Origin: Atractiella rhizophila
Lineage: Eukaryota
DNA: 53,676 nucleotides
Assembly: GCA_021432655.1 (NCBI GenBank)
Contig: MU271470.1
Coordinates: forward strand, 1-53,676
Direction of reading: 5' to 3'
In this document: positions 51,387 through 53,676 of the stretch, in pieces
Layout: each line of letters opens with the position of its first letter
Numbering within the stretch: the stretch's first letter is position 1
Position numbers and translations under genes: made by a program
Notes under the pieces: model-generated
What the model saw: the letters and a program-made list of their open reading frames with translations, nothing else
The model's database searches: none
Told to the model about the DNA's origin: nothing

Positions 51387-53676
51387 TCACTCCGTCTCAT
51401 CCCTCAAACTCCCTTCTCCGAAATCGAATCCCAATCCTACCAATCCAGCGCTCCTACCCTCCTGCGGAGCGCTCTTAGGTCTGACAATAGTTTCTTCCCC
51501 CTCCTCCCTCTCCGTGCCACCAAAATCAGGGTTGGGGGAGAAGAACATCTTCCGAGTTCCCTCGAAGTTCCTCTTGTAGACATAAGGGCTCTTCTCTGGG
51601 GAAGAGGTGGCCGTCGTCTGCACGTCCTCACGATCATCCTCAAATCGATCCCCACAACTGGTAAAGCTCGAATTGGGCGACGTTTCCACCGTGCCGGTAC
51701 CAAAGCTACCGTCGGATGGATTGGAGCTCATAGATCTTTGCGTATCGATCAAGGTCGTGCTCGTCAGACCGAATGAAAGCGCGGTGAGACTGGGGAGAAG
51801 GAGGATCATGTTCAGACACAGCAGGATGAGGATCGTTGTTGGGCGGCGGGTGTAGCTGACGAACGGGATGCGGATGAGGATTGATAGTTACTGAAGCGGA
51901 AGGAGGAGAAAGAGAGAATTGTGCCGGATGGAGGATGGCATGGTTGAAGGGATGCCCTGGAGTCGGAGCGAAGAAGTCGTTTATGGGGAGGGGCGGTGGC
52001 ATAGGCATTGGAATGGGGACAGTGGTCATGGAGGTAAGAAGTTGGGCATGACCTGGTGGAATGATGGTCTTCATCCACCGAATACATATCAGTACCTACT
52101 TTTGGTCAGGAAAACGAGAACTCACGTGCTCCCCATGCCACCATTCGAAAAAAGAACCTCTGGCATGCTAGGCGCTCTCGTCCCCCCCCATCCCCGGCAA
52201 GTGAGATTTCCTCGAACTTCCTTGGCCGGTGACTGGACGACTAGCCCAAACGACGTAGACCTAGGCAGCTTCGTAGAAGCTTCAATATCTTCTGGGGCTC
52301 CGTATCCGCAAATCTGATCTGCAAAGGGCGACGCTCCCATCCAAAGTCTTACCCCTCAACCTCCCAATCGCGTCGAGAGCAGAAGCCCGATCGTACAACC
52401 TATTCAATGTTCATGATACTTTGTCAACTCTGTTTTGGTACAGTAGGAGGAAGGAAGAAAGACGACCTAGCAAACCCTACACCTTTACTGGGTCCCTCTC
52501 CGTACTAGGCCTTGAACCGCTCTGCCTCGCTTTGGAATCAGGAGGGGAGGACCATCCGAGGTTCGCATGATTCGGACTGATCGTACAGGTGCAGGTAGGA
52601 AGAGGCTTTCAGATCCTTCTCTGTCCAGTCAAGCGGGATCTAATTTTTTCCAAAATCCATCACTCAATGGAAAAGAGGATAAAAAGAGAGACAAACGTTT
52701 TGGAGATAGAGATTTGTCGAATCGTCATCGCTCAGCTTGCGCAATTTGATAGTCATACTCTCCTGCACCAGTATTTTGGTAAATCAAAGGAAGGGCGAGG
52801 CGAATGACGAACCCTAGCGAACATAGCCTCGAATCCCTTTGCCATCAATCCTCCGATCGCTCTTTCCGCCTCCTCCTTAGTTTCAAAACAACAAAATCCG
52901 TAACCTATCTCACACAGCATCTCCAAATCTAATCATCCACATGAAAGATTCGAAGGACGAACCTTTACACTTCCTTGAACCCCATTCGGAGACGTCGATC
53001 TGTGCTCCTCTCTTCCTCCCACTCCAAGGATCGATGAATGCCTCTGCAATATCATCCTCCAAAATCGCCTTCACGCTCTTGATCCTTCCGAATGGGGCAC
53101 AGATCTCGGCCAAGAGTTGATCTGTCACTGCAGGATGGAGGGGACGGATGTAGATATTGGATACTCCTTCTGGGCTATCATCATCCGGTCGATTGTCAGT
53201 TTGGAGGTTGAAACTACGGACAGGTGTTGGAGTAAAACGAAAGGGGACACTAACTTGAAGTATGGATCCCGTTTGGGCGATTTGTGGATGAAACTTTGTG
53301 GTGGAGGAGGTTGATGCATGAATCCCATAGGTGGGATTGGCGGAGGCATAACTCCCCTTCCTGTCACACGAAATCAATTTTCTTTTGGCCAAATAGTGTG
53401 ATAAATACGGACCAGATAGGCCGTTTTCCAGAGGCATAAAGTTTTGATTGATATTGGTGTTGCCATTCGGCATAAGAGAGCTCAACGGAACGGCCGGAGC
53501 AGTAGTTGGATGAGAAAAGATGGGGTGCCTATGCCAAATTCAGAACCATACGTCACGATGCGTTGAAAGCGTTGCGTTAAAGGGAGACACACATTTGCAT
53601 GATTGCCTGAAACTGAGGAGGAGGAGGGGGAGCTTGCGTCGCCACAGAAGCTGGACACTTCGCCATAGTGTTCATA
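51387..53676 (-). CDS. Two-RRM RNA-binding protein (RBMS/MSSP/Shep-like RRM pair); apparent frameshifts; 5' end at or beyond the window edge
   Basis: RRM1: SNIYIRPLHPAVTDQLLAEICAPFGRIKSVKAIL...KCKGYGF. RRM2: STNLYLQNIPLDWTE...SKGVGFAR...LQIRFAD, which is recoverable only with single-base corrections. Pro/Ser-rich C-terminus. Confidence 0.8.

Overview
Gene-dense, intron-rich eukaryotic DNA with short (mostly ~45-65 nt) GT-AG/GC-AG introns and CTRAY-type branch points. It is almost certainly a fungus, most likely a basidiomycete (inference). About 22 protein-coding genes can be reconstructed by hand across introns: a BTB protein, three aldo-keto reductase paralogs, adrenodoxin reductase, an Amt/Mep ammonium transporter, a Snf1/AMPK-alpha-like kinase, an RluA-family pseudouridine synthase, GPN1, a possible Rpp40-like protein, a peroxisomal enoyl-CoA hydratase, DPH6, DNA ligase I, an Rds1/ferritin-like secreted protein, a GH13 alpha-glucosidase, Sfp1, Rad21, a small secreted protein, a two-RRM protein and several hypotheticals. 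There is also a 5'-truncated Ty1/copia fragment with its PPT and 3' LTR. I found no CRISPR array, rRNA, tRNA or secondary-metabolite backbone gene, and no convincing new multi-gene system. The best leads lie in non-coding sequence and fine detail: a candidate H/ACA snoRNA in the long GPN1 intron, a candidate structure-looped poison exon in the long RAD21 intron, a spliced upstream ATG that could give DNA ligase I a mitochondrial presequence, an AKR paralog lacking its catalytic Tyr, an LTR with an intron-like duplicated hairpin module, and a run of homopolymer frameshifts in the RRM gene that probably reflects assembly error. All exon structures were read by eye and are unverified.
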